Shown: in pieces, positions 9,893-18,131 of the stretch | How positions within the stretch are numbered: position 1 is the first letter of the stretch | Layout: each line of letters opens with the position of its first letter | From: Flavobacteriaceae bacterium | GTDB lineage: Bacteria; Bacteroidota; Bacteroidia; Flavobacteriales; Flavobacteriaceae | Assembly: GCA_042091275.1 (NCBI GenBank) | Contig: JBELHR010000005.1 | Location: 6,694-70,693 of the forward strand | Length of the DNA: 64,000 nt | Reading direction: 5' to 3' | Notes under the pieces: generated by a model | What the model saw: the letters and a program-made list of their open reading frames with translations, nothing else | The model's database searches: none | What the model was told of the DNA's origin: nothing | Made by a program: the position numbers and the translations under genes

Positions 9893-10183
9893 TTACTCGT
9901 CTAATTGAATTATACACTTATCAATCTCTCGAATTAAATGATTTATTTTACGCTTTGTATTTCTCTTATCTTCTATACTGCCTTCAAAAGTCTTCGAAAG
10001 CTTTAAACTCTCAAATTGCTTTTCCCGAAGTTCGAGCTCCGTTCCTCGCTTTTGGTAGTTTTGAAATAAAGTATTGTAACTTTTACTTAAAACTCGATTC
10101 TCTTCGAGTAAAAACTCATAACGTTCTAATAGAACTTTGAGCTTGTTTTCCAGTAAATCTAAGTTATTCAATACCTTAGCCAT
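9893..10183 (-). CDS. Coiled-coil protein of unknown function, translationally abutting zapA
   Basis: 96 aa, heptad-rich (LLENKLKVLLERYEFLLEENRVL). Its stop codon directly abuts the zapA ATG. Confidence 0.6.
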   Translation of the reverse strand: MAKVLNNLDLLENKLKVLLERYEFLLEENRVLSKSYNTLFQNYQKRGTELELREKQFESLKLSKTFEGSIEDKRNTKRKINHLIREIDKCIIQLDE

Positions 10184-10289
10184 AAACTTCTGTCAAAAGA
10201 CCCTTTCTACAAATCTATTGAATGCTTACCTAAAAAGCAATGTTTAGAGGGTTTTATTTTATATTAAATTCCATAAATTAGCTTAAAAA

Positions 10290-11984
10290 TTGCATCCTGT
10301 GAGACTTATCCTTTACACTATTCTTCTGTTTTCTCTGCAACTAGGTTATAGTCAGATAAATCCAGAAAACATCTCTTTTGGAGACCCTTTGAAAATCCCT
10401 CTGATAAGTGCAGGGAGTTATGGGGAACTGAGAAGTAATCACTTTCACGCCGGAGTTGACTTAAAAACCCAACAGCGCGAAGGAATTCCAGTCTATGCAA
10501 CAGAAGATGGCTATGTTTCTCGTATCAAAGTCAGTGTTTGGGGTTACGGTAAGGTCGTCTATATACGACACCCTAATGGTTACACTACAGTGTATGCTCA
10601 TTTGCAAAAATTCGCTCCAAAATTGGAGGATTTTGTAAAGAATCTACATTATACACAAGAAAAGCATTCGGTTCAAAGTTTTCCTAGTGCATCTAAACTA
10701 CCCGTTAAAAAAGGGGAATTAATTGCATATTCTGGAAGTACTGGCGGATTTATCGCACCGCACTTGCATTACGAAGTTAGAGATACAAGAACAGAGCACC
10801 CGCTAAACCCCCTGCATTTCGGTTTGGAAATTGAAGATAAAACCGCGCCAATTATTCGAGGCCTAAGACTAAAACCCAGCAGCGATGTCGATCAAATTAA
10901 CGGAAATAGTATTTCTCAAAAGATTGTTTTAAAAAAAACAGGCGCCAATCAATATGTTACGGATACCGTTTATTTAAATGGCTCCATGATAGCGCAAGTC
11001 AACACTTATGATATTCAAAATAGTACGACTAATAAAAATGGAGTTTATAAGATCTCTTGCTATCAAAACGACAAATTAATATACCAACATCGCTTGGACG
11101 AATTTTCGTTTTCAGAATCTAAGCAAATCAATTTGCTGATAGATTACGCTTACCTCAAAAAGAAAAAATCACGCTATCAGCAACTCTATATACCAGAGCA
11201 TTCTGACTTATCCATTTACGATAGAGACCTTTCCGTAGATGGACTTATTTCTTTGGATAAAGAAGGGAGTTATACCTATAAAATTGTAATTGAAGATTTT
11301 TCAAAAAATAAATCAACCATCTCTATTCCAGTTACTTATAATAAATCATATAATGCTGTAGTTGAAGAAAGTCCTAATCTCGATAAAGTACTTATTAAAA
11401 CGGATGAGTTTTACAGATTCGAATCGGATAACAACTTTATAAGTATTGAAAAAGCGAGTCTATACCAAGATCACAAGCTCGAAATAAAACAATCTAAAGA
11501 CACTATAGTAATTGGTCCAAACACATTTCCTTGGAAGAAAAAATTTCGAATTGGATTTAAATTAGACAGCACACACGGCAAACATACCAGTATTGCAAAA
11601 CTGACAAATGGCAGGATTAAGGTTTTGTCCAGTAACTATAGATCAGGGTATTTAACCAGAGACACCAATGAAACTGGAACTTATATTTTGGGAACAGACT
11701 CTAAGCCACCGACAATAAAACCACTGAATTTTTACCCAAAACAATGGATTTCTTCCGCAAAAGAGTTAAAATTCAAAATACAGGATAGCGGCAGCGGAAT
11801 CAAAAACTATACTGCTTTTCTCGATGACAATTGGATTTTACTTACCTACAATCCTAAAAACAGTAGCTTAACTTATGATTTTAGCGATATTCCCCTCGAG
11901 GGAGCAGAGCACCAAATAAAATTAATCGTGGAAGATCAAGTTGGTAACAAATCGGAGTACTCTGCTGTATTTTTTAAAAAATAG
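10290..11984 (+). CDS. M23 family metallopeptidase
   Basis: Signal peptide, then LytM-type metal motifs HFHAGVDL and PHLHYEV. Apparent TTG start at 10290. Confidence 0.85.
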   Translation: MHPVRLILYTILLFSLQLGYSQINPENISFGDPLKIPLISAGSYGELRSNHFHAGVDLKTQQREGIPVYATEDGYVSRIKVSVWGYGKVVYIRHPNGYTTVYAHLQKFAPKLEDFVKNLHYTQEKHSVQSFPSASKLPVKKGELIAYSGSTGGFIAPHLHYEVRDTRTEHPLNPLHFGLEIEDKTAPIIRGLRLKPSSDVDQINGNSISQKIVLKKTGANQYVTDTVYLNGSMIAQVNTYDIQNSTTNKNGVYKISCYQNDKLIYQHRLDEFSFSESKQINLLIDYAYLKKKKSRYQQLYIPEHSDLSIYDRDLSVDGLISLDKEGSYTYKIVIEDFSKNKSTISIPVTYNKSYNAVVEESPNLDKVLIKTDEFYRFESDNNFISIEKASLYQDHKLEIKQSKDTIVIGPNTFPWKKKFRIGFKLDSTHGKHTSIAKLTNGRIKVLSSNYRSGYLTRDTNETGTYILGTDSKPPTIKPLNFYPKQWISSAKELKFKIQDSGSGIKNYTAFLDDNWILLTYNPKNSSLTYDFSDIPLEGAEHQIKLIVEDQVGNKSEYSAVFFKK

Positions 11985-11988
11985 ATTT

Positions 11989-12447
11989 TTACGACTCTAT
12001 AAGTTCTAGAATTTGATTGGCGTGATCCTTTGTCTTCACTTTTTGAATTACTGCCTGAATCAGACCATCCGCACCAACTAAAAATGTGGAGCGATTGATT
12101 CCTTCGTATTCTTTTCCCATAAACTTTTTCGGACCCCATACTCCATAGGCTTCGATAATCTCTTTTTGCTCATCTGCCAACAGATCGTAGTTCAAATTTT
12201 GTTTGGTCCAAAAATTAAACTGACGCTTTACAGAATCCGCACTCACTCCGAGGACCTTAAACCCCTTTTCTTGGAGTACAGTCTTTGCATCCCTCAAGTT
12301 ACAAGCCTCCGCAGTACATCCCGGTGTACTCGCCTTGGGATAAAAAAACAAAACATAAGAATGTCCCTTTAAACTTTCGCTTGAAACCATTTCCCCATTT
12401 TGATTTTCTACCTTAAAATCTGGAGCTTTATCACCTATTTTTAACAT
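11989..12447 (-). CDS. bcp: Thioredoxin-dependent peroxiredoxin Bcp
   Basis: 152 aa. FFYPKASTPGCTAEAC peroxidatic/resolving Cys block. Confidence 0.9.
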   Translation of the reverse strand: MLKIGDKAPDFKVENQNGEMVSSESLKGHSYVLFFYPKASTPGCTAEACNLRDAKTVLQEKGFKVLGVSADSVKRQFNFWTKQNLNYDLLADEQKEIIEAYGVWGPKKFMGKEYEGINRSTFLVGADGLIQAVIQKVKTKDHANQILELIES

Positions 12448-12492
12448 GTCGATTTTATTTTAATTAGTACATTCGCAAGATACGAAACCGAC

Positions 12493-13134
12493 ATGAATAA
12501 ATCTGAACGCGTACAATATATCATCGACGAACTAGAGAAGTTATACCCGGAAACTCCAGTTCCTTTGGACCACAAAGACCCCTATACTCTTTTGGTCGCT
12601 GTTTTACTTTCTGCCCAAAGTACCGATGCTAGAGTCAATACCATCACCCCGATTTTGTTCGAAAAAGCGGATAATCCCTATGATATGATCAAGCTTTCTG
12701 TAGAAGAAATCAGAAGCATCATCAAGCCCTTGGGATTATCTCCTATGAAATCAAAAGGGATTTTTGGCTTGAGTCATATATTGATCGATGAGCACAACGG
12801 TCAAGTGCCTCAAAGTTTTGAGGCCCTCGAGAGATTGCCTGCTGTTGGTCACAAAACCGCTTCCGTAGTAATGGCCCAAGCATTTGATGTCCCTGCTTTC
12901 CCTGTAGACACGCATATTCACCGCCTCATGTACCGTTGGAATTTGACCAATGGCAAAAACGTTGTTCAAACAGAGCGAGATGCCAAAAGACTGTTCCCCG
13001 AAGAACTCTGGAACAAATTACATCTGCAAATAATATTTTACGGGAGAGAATTCTCTCCAGCAAGAGGTTGGAATTTAGATATCGATTTTATTTCCTCCAA
13101 GATTGGACGCAAATCACTCTGGCCAAAGAAATAG
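12493..13134 (+). CDS. nth: Endonuclease III family HhH-GPD DNA glycosylase/lyase (cysteine-free variant)
   Basis: HhH plus catalytic Lys (LPAVGHKTASVV) and Asp (PVDTHIHRL). No cysteine anywhere in the 213 aa. Confidence 0.8.
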   Translation: MNKSERVQYIIDELEKLYPETPVPLDHKDPYTLLVAVLLSAQSTDARVNTITPILFEKADNPYDMIKLSVEEIRSIIKPLGLSPMKSKGIFGLSHILIDEHNGQVPQSFEALERLPAVGHKTASVVMAQAFDVPAFPVDTHIHRLMYRWNLTNGKNVVQTERDAKRLFPEELWNKLHLQIIFYGREFSPARGWNLDIDFISSKIGRKSLWPKK

Positions 13135-13137
13135 GAT

Positions 13138-13725
13138 TTAATCATAACTATATTCCAAATCACTTAAATTCACTTTCTTTCGAATATTTTTTACAGCATA
13201 ACGCATTCTGCCGAGAGCAGTATTTATACTGACATCCGTTTGCAGGGCAATATCCTTAAAACTCATACTGCAATATACCCTGAGACGAATCAATTCTCTC
13301 TGATCTCGAGGTAAAGTCTTTAGAATTGCTCTTAACTTAATTACAACTTGTTGATTTATAAGCGTATCTTCTGGACTAATTTCACAATCCCTAACACAAT
13401 CAAAAACATCTTCTCCTGGAGCAACCTCATATTTTGGCAGTCTGTTTTGTTTCCTAAAATAGTCAATGATTAAATTATTGGCGATACGAATTACCCAAGA
13501 AATAAACCTTCCTTTTTCAAAGTACTTTCCCCTCCTCAGACTCAACACAACCTTAATTAAGGTGTCTTGTAAAATGTCTTTTGCCAAATCCCTATCCTTG
13601 ACTTTAGTTAAAATAAACGCGTAAATACGGTTTTGATTTCTGGAGACAAGATGATTTAAAGCATTTCGATTCCCTTTTTGAAAAGCACAAATCAGTTGTG
13701 CTTCTGACATAGCAGTAGTTTTCAT
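13138..13725 (-). CDS. RNA polymerase sigma-70 family (ECF-type) sigma factor
   Basis: Region 2 (RIYAFILTKVKDRDLAKDILQDTLIKV) and region 4 HTH (MSFKDIALQTDVSINTALGRMRYA). ATG at 13725 chosen. The longer ORF would overlap the uvrA start. Confidence 0.8.
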   Translation of the reverse strand: MKTTAMSEAQLICAFQKGNRNALNHLVSRNQNRIYAFILTKVKDRDLAKDILQDTLIKVVLSLRRGKYFEKGRFISWVIRIANNLIIDYFRKQNRLPKYEVAPGEDVFDCVRDCEISPEDTLINQQVVIKLRAILKTLPRDQRELIRLRVYCSMSFKDIALQTDVSINTALGRMRYAVKNIRKKVNLSDLEYSYD

Positions 13726-13890
13726 AATTACTTTTCCTTTTAAATTAGACAGAGTAATTATGTTACATAGGCAGGGGGTTAGAAGTTTAATAGATTTTAA
13801 AGTTCCTTCATTTTTTGCCAAAAAACAAATTATAGTCGACTTTATATTGCTGATTAAATAGTTTATTTTTGTGGAAAACAAATCTCTCTT

Positions 13891-16656
13891 ATGCCTGCTA
13901 AGACTATAGAAATAAAAGGAGCGCGATTGCACAATCTAAAGAATATAGATGTTTCTATACCCCGAAATAAATTAGTAGTTATAACAGGGGTTTCCGGATC
14001 AGGAAAATCTAGCCTTGCCTTTGACACCTTATATGCTGAAGGACAAAGGCGCTATGTTGAAAGCTTGTCCTCTTATGCGAGACAGTTTTTAGGTAAACTC
14101 AACAAACCTCAGGTCGATTCAATTACTGGAATAGCTCCTGCAATTGCAATAGAACAAAAAGTAAACTCCTCCAACCCGAGATCTACCGTAGGTAGTACAA
14201 CAGAGATTTACGATTACTTAAAATTATTATTTGCGAGAATAGGAAGGACCTACTCTCCTATTTCCAATCAAGAAGTCAAAAAGGATCAAGTTTCCGATGT
14301 GATAAACTTTTTTCAAGAACTGGAACTTGGGACTAAATACTATTTGCTATCCCCGATTATTATTCCTGAAAAACGAAAGGTTAGTGAGCATTTTAAACTT
14401 TTGGAGGATCAGGGATATGCGCGATTGATGCACCGAGGAAAAGTGATCAGAATAAACCAATTTGACACCAAAGAATTTGAGGAGGGAGTTAATCAACTAG
14501 TCATTGACAGGGGAAGTGTACAAATAGACGAGGATAGCCTGTCTCGATTAGCTGATTCCATACAGACCGCGTTTTATGAGGGAAAAGGCAGCCTTTCTGT
14601 CCAAGTTTTAGGTGGCGAAGATTCCATAAGATCCTTCTCTAGTAGTTTTGAACTCGACGGTATGACCTTTCTGGAGCCCAATACTCATTTTTTTAGCTTT
14701 AACAACCCTTATGGGGCTTGTCCGACATGCGAGGGTTATGGGAATGTAATTGGAATAGACGAGGCTTTGGTAATTCCCAACACCAACCTCTCTATTTACG
14801 ACAATGCCATAAGTCCATGGAAGACCGATTCCTTTTCCAAATACAAAAGCAAACTTATAGCAGAAGCGGAATTATATGGAATTCCAATTCATAGACCTTG
14901 GTTTGAACTGACCCAAGAACAAAAAGATCTGATTTGGAATGGGACAAAAACCTTTAAAGGGATTCATGACTTTTTTAAATTTCTCGAGAAAAAGTCCTAT
15001 AAAATTCAATACCGAGTTATGCTGTCGAGATATCGTGGAAAAACTACTTGTAAAAGTTGTAACGGTACCCGATTGCGCCGGGAAACCGACTATGTAAAAA
15101 TTGGAGAACGAAATATTTCGGAACTCGTTTTGCTCCCTTTAGACGAGCTGGCCGATTTTTTTAGAAATCTAAAACTCAACGAACACGATCAAAAGATTGG
15201 AGAAAGACTCCTGTATGAGATTGAATCGAGAATTGCCTTTTTAGAAAAAGTGGGGCTTTCTTATCTCAATCTAAATCGCGGTTCGAGCACCCTCTCTGGA
15301 GGAGAAAGCCAGAGAATAAATCTTGCCACCTCATTGGGAAGTAGCTTGGTGGGATCCTTATATATTCTTGATGAACCCAGTATAGGCCTTCATCCAAAGG
15401 ATGCGGATAAACTAATCGAAGTTCTGAGTTCTCTTAGAGATTTAGGAAACACAGTCATTGTTGTGGAGCACGACGAAGATATTATGAGAAAGGCGGACCA
15501 CATTATTGACATAGGACCTGCAGCAGGACGGTTTGGAGGAGATTTAGTTGCCCAAGGCAATCCAGATAACTTTCTAAAACAAAAGTCTCTCACCGCATCT
15601 TATCTCAATGGAGATATAGAAATTCCTATACCTGACAAAAGAAGAAGCAGTAAAGAAATTATTTCCATCAAAGGCGCCCGTTCTAATAATCTAAAAAATG
15701 TCAACTTTAGTTTTCCACTCCACACCTTATCCGTAATCACAGGGGTGTCCGGAAGTGGCAAGAGCTCCTTGGTCAAAAACATCTTGTTCCCCGCAATAAA
15801 AAGAGAACTCGATGGTTTTGGTGCCAAAAGTGCAGACTTTACGGAATTGACAGGCCCCGTATCCAATCTAAAACACATAGAATACATAAATCAAAACCCC
15901 ATAGGCAGAAGTTCCAGATCCAATCCAGTAACCTATATCAAAGCATATGACGATATTAGATCGCTATTTGCGAATCACTCTTTGTCCAAAGCGAGACATT
16001 ACAAACCCAAACATTTCTCCTTTAATGTGGATGGAGGACGCTGTGAGGTATGCAAAGGCGAAGGAGAGGTAACCATTGAGATGCAATTTATGGCAGACGT
16101 TCACCTGACCTGTGAATCCTGTAGTGGAAAACGATTTAAAAAAGAAATTCTAGAGGTCAAAATCGAAGATAACAGTATTGATGACGTCTTAAACATGACA
16201 ATTAGCGAGTCCATTGAATTTTTTGATGGATTTGGCCAGCGCAAACTTGTCCAAAAACTAAAACCTTTGGAAGATGTTGGATTGGGCTATGTGCAACTCG
16301 GACAATCGAGTTCTACTCTATCGGGTGGAGAAGCACAGAGAATAAAACTAGCTAGTTTTCTAGTCAAGGGATCTAGTCAATCCAAGAGCCTATTTATATT
16401 TGACGAACCCACCACCGGTTTGCATTTTGACGATATTCAAAAATTGCTCAATTCCTTTGAAGCCCTTATAGAAAAGGGACATTCTCTTCTTGTAATTGAA
16501 CACAATCTCGACCTAATTAAATGTGCAGACTATCTGATTGATTTGGGGCCTGAAGGCGGAAAAAAAGGAGGAGAAATACTCTTTCAGGGGGTTCCAGAAG
16601 ATTTAATCCTTTTGAAAAATAACGCCACAGCCCACTATCTAAAAGAAAAGTTTTAA
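13891..16656 (+). CDS. uvrA: Excinuclease ABC subunit A family protein
   Basis: Two ABC modules (GVSGSGKSS twice; LSGGESQR and LSGGEAQR). Zn modules CPTC...CKSC and CEVC...CESC are present. The first Zn module's ligands are absent. Confidence 0.9.
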   Translation: MPAKTIEIKGARLHNLKNIDVSIPRNKLVVITGVSGSGKSSLAFDTLYAEGQRRYVESLSSYARQFLGKLNKPQVDSITGIAPAIAIEQKVNSSNPRSTVGSTTEIYDYLKLLFARIGRTYSPISNQEVKKDQVSDVINFFQELELGTKYYLLSPIIIPEKRKVSEHFKLLEDQGYARLMHRGKVIRINQFDTKEFEEGVNQLVIDRGSVQIDEDSLSRLADSIQTAFYEGKGSLSVQVLGGEDSIRSFSSSFELDGMTFLEPNTHFFSFNNPYGACPTCEGYGNVIGIDEALVIPNTNLSIYDNAISPWKTDSFSKYKSKLIAEAELYGIPIHRPWFELTQEQKDLIWNGTKTFKGIHDFFKFLEKKSYKIQYRVMLSRYRGKTTCKSCNGTRLRRETDYVKIGERNISELVLLPLDELADFFRNLKLNEHDQKIGERLLYEIESRIAFLEKVGLSYLNLNRGSSTLSGGESQRINLATSLGSSLVGSLYILDEPSIGLHPKDADKLIEVLSSLRDLGNTVIVVEHDEDIMRKADHIIDIGPAAGRFGGDLVAQGNPDNFLKQKSLTASYLNGDIEIPIPDKRRSSKEIISIKGARSNNLKNVNFSFPLHTLSVITGVSGSGKSSLVKNILFPAIKRELDGFGAKSADFTELTGPVSNLKHIEYINQNPIGRSSRSNPVTYIKAYDDIRSLFANHSLSKARHYKPKHFSFNVDGGRCEVCKGEGEVTIEMQFMADVHLTCESCSGKRFKKEILEVKIEDNSIDDVLNMTISESIEFFDGFGQRKLVQKLKPLEDVGLGYVQLGQSSSTLSGGEAQRIKLASFLVKGSSQSKSLFIFDEPTTGLHFDDIQKLLNSFEALIEKGHSLLVIEHNLDLIKCADYLIDLGPEGGKKGGEILFQGVPEDLILLKNNATAHYLKEKF

Positions 16657-16663
16657 ACAAAAA

Positions 16664-16689
16664 AAAGTCCTTTCCGAAGAAAGGACTTT
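16664..16689 (-). terminator. Intrinsic terminator after tRNA-His (also sits after uvrA)
   Basis: 11-bp hairpin AAAGTCCTTTC-CGAA-GAAAGGACTTT. A T8 run follows on the minus strand and only TTT on the plus strand. Confidence 0.75.
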
Positions 16690-16693
16690 AAAG

Positions 16694-16768
16694 GGTGGAA
16701 GACCGGATTCGAACCGGCGACCCTCGGTACCACAAACCGATGCTCTAACCAACTGAGCTACAACCACC
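16694..16768 (-). tRNA. tRNA-His (anticodon GTG), with encoded G-1
   Basis: Cloverleaf read by hand: D-arm GCTC/GAGC, anticodon stem TCGGT/ACCGA with loop TTGTGGT, T-arm GCCGG-TTCGAAT-CCGGT, G-1 opposite C73. The acceptor stem has two adjacent T:T mismatches. Confidence 0.85.
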
Positions 16769-16782
16769 ATTTTTAACGGATG

Positions 16783-16812
16783 CAAATTTACATTATTTAG
16801 ACCTTTCTACAA
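16783..16812 (-). promoter_or_regulatory. Bacteroidota-type promoter for tRNA-His
   Basis: Minus strand reads TTG-N19-TAAATTTG, an exact match to -33 TTG / -7 TAnnTTTG. The -7 box ends 14 nt upstream of the tRNA 5' end. Confidence 0.55.
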
Positions 16813-16830
16813 AGGAAAAATCATTTTTTT

Positions 16831-17547
16831 CTAAAATAAATCGCTAAGATTTTTGACCGCAGGGTAACGCTCTACGTTAAAACCCTCAGCTGCAGTCACT
16901 CCAATAATTCTACCCAAATCACGAGCTCTGTAGGTTACCGAATCCAAGAAGTTTTCTGAACTAATAGGAGACGATGGCTCTTTGGAATTGGGATCAAAAA
17001 ACTGACTAGAGTATGCCTGTACAGCTGCTAATTTCTTATCCATAAAACCGCTTACATCCACCACAAAATCCGGTTCTAAATTCTTCCATTGAATATAGTG
17101 ATAGACTACTTTTGGTCTCCAAGCTTCCTGCTCTTCTCCTTCCCATTTTGTAGAAACTTTTCTCAATCCAGACAAAAAACAGGCGTCTGCGACCAATTTA
17201 GCTCCCTTAGGATGATCGATATGCCTATCCTCTATAGCATTTGCTAAAACAATATCTGGTTTAAAACGGCGAATTTGTTCGATGATACGCAACTGATGCT
17301 CCTCGTCATTTTGAAAAAAAGCATCTTTAAACTTTAAGTTTACTCGAGCGCTAAGTCCTAAGATTTTAGATGCGCGAGCGGCCTCTTCAGCGCGTATTTT
17401 TGCAGAACCCCTGGTTCCTAATTCCCCTTGAGTCAAATCCACAACACCTACTTTCTTACCTGAGGATATCTCCTTGGCTAATGTTGCAGAACAACCCAAT
17501 TCTATATCGTCCGGGTGAGCACCAAAAGCTACTATATCTAATTTCAT
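16831..17547 (-). CDS. bshB1: Bacillithiol biosynthesis deacetylase BshB1 (LmbE/PIG-L family)
   Basis: MKLDIVAFGAHPDDIELGC...VDLTQGELGTRGS and HIDHPKG blocks. ATG at 17547 chosen, 2 nt after the gpx stop. Confidence 0.8.
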   Translation of the reverse strand: MKLDIVAFGAHPDDIELGCSATLAKEISSGKKVGVVDLTQGELGTRGSAKIRAEEAARASKILGLSARVNLKFKDAFFQNDEEHQLRIIEQIRRFKPDIVLANAIEDRHIDHPKGAKLVADACFLSGLRKVSTKWEGEEQEAWRPKVVYHYIQWKNLEPDFVVDVSGFMDKKLAAVQAYSSQFFDPNSKEPSSPISSENFLDSVTYRARDLGRIIGVTAAEGFNVERYPAVKNLSDLF

Positions 17548-17549
17548 AT

Positions 17550-18122
17550 TTAACCTTTTAACCAATCGATTACCTCGGGGTCATTTGGCAGTGTTCTTGG
17601 AGAAATTACTTTTACCAAATTTCCGTCTTCGTCAAACAGATATTTTTGAAAATTCCATTGTACTTCGGAATCTTGAAAACCATTCAGTTGTTTCTCTGTT
17701 AAAAAAGCGTAAATCGGAGCGCGGTCCTTCCCTCTCACGGATATTTTTGACATCATAGGAAAACTCACACCGTAATTTAGTTTACAAAACTCTGCGATAT
17801 CTCCGTTTGAACCAGGTTCTTGACTCATAAAATTGTTTGCTGGGAAACCTACCACGACAAAGTCATCAGAACCATAAGTCTGATAGATCTCTTCCAGTTG
17901 CTCGTATTGCGGAGTAAGGCCACATTTCGAGGCGGTATTGACAATCATAATTTTTTTTCCTTTTAGGGAAGCAAAATCAAATTCCTCTCCGGATAAATCT
18001 TCTACTTTAAAATCGTAAATGCTTTTCCCCATAAGATCGTTATTTTGAGATTTATAACTGCCTTTGTCTACACATGCTGACAGTAAAAATGGTAAAATCA
18101 ATAATAGAGTTAATTTCTTCAT
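17550..18122 (-). CDS. Glutathione peroxidase family protein (Cys type), predicted lipoprotein
   Basis: Lipobox LLSAC, catalytic block NTASKCGLTPQY, WNFQKYL motif. Confidence 0.9.
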   Translation of the reverse strand: MKKLTLLLILPFLLSACVDKGSYKSQNNDLMGKSIYDFKVEDLSGEEFDFASLKGKKIMIVNTASKCGLTPQYEQLEEIYQTYGSDDFVVVGFPANNFMSQEPGSNGDIAEFCKLNYGVSFPMMSKISVRGKDRAPIYAFLTEKQLNGFQDSEVQWNFQKYLFDEDGNLVKVISPRTLPNDPEVIDWLKG

Positions 18123-18131
18123 CTGTTTAAA

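Noticed and set aside
10184-10289. Imperfect inverted repeat (ACCCTTTCTA ... TAGAGGGT) in the divergent spacer upstream of the M23 peptidase gene.
   Set aside because: It gives only about 7 pairs, including a wobble and a bulge, with a roughly 35-nt loop. This is within chance expectation for AT-rich intergenic DNA.
13726-13932. 69-codon extension of the sigma-factor ORF overlapping the uvrA start.
   Set aside because: The extension is low-complexity (Ile/Leu/Ser/Lys-rich). Sigma region 2 begins soon after the ATG at 13725, and a TATTTTTG -7-like box for uvrA lies within it.
16694-16768. tRNA-His (and the CAU tRNA at 54283-54356) as an integration hotspot with an adjacent island.
   Set aside because: There is no integrase next to either tRNA, and I noticed no direct repeat of the tRNA 3' ends nearby. 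The neighbours are core genes (uvrA, bshB1, rmuC).
17550-18122. Possible selenocysteine (in-frame TGA) in the glutathione peroxidase homologue.
   Set aside because: The ORF is uninterrupted and the catalytic position is an ordinary Cys codon, so this is a Cys-type enzyme.
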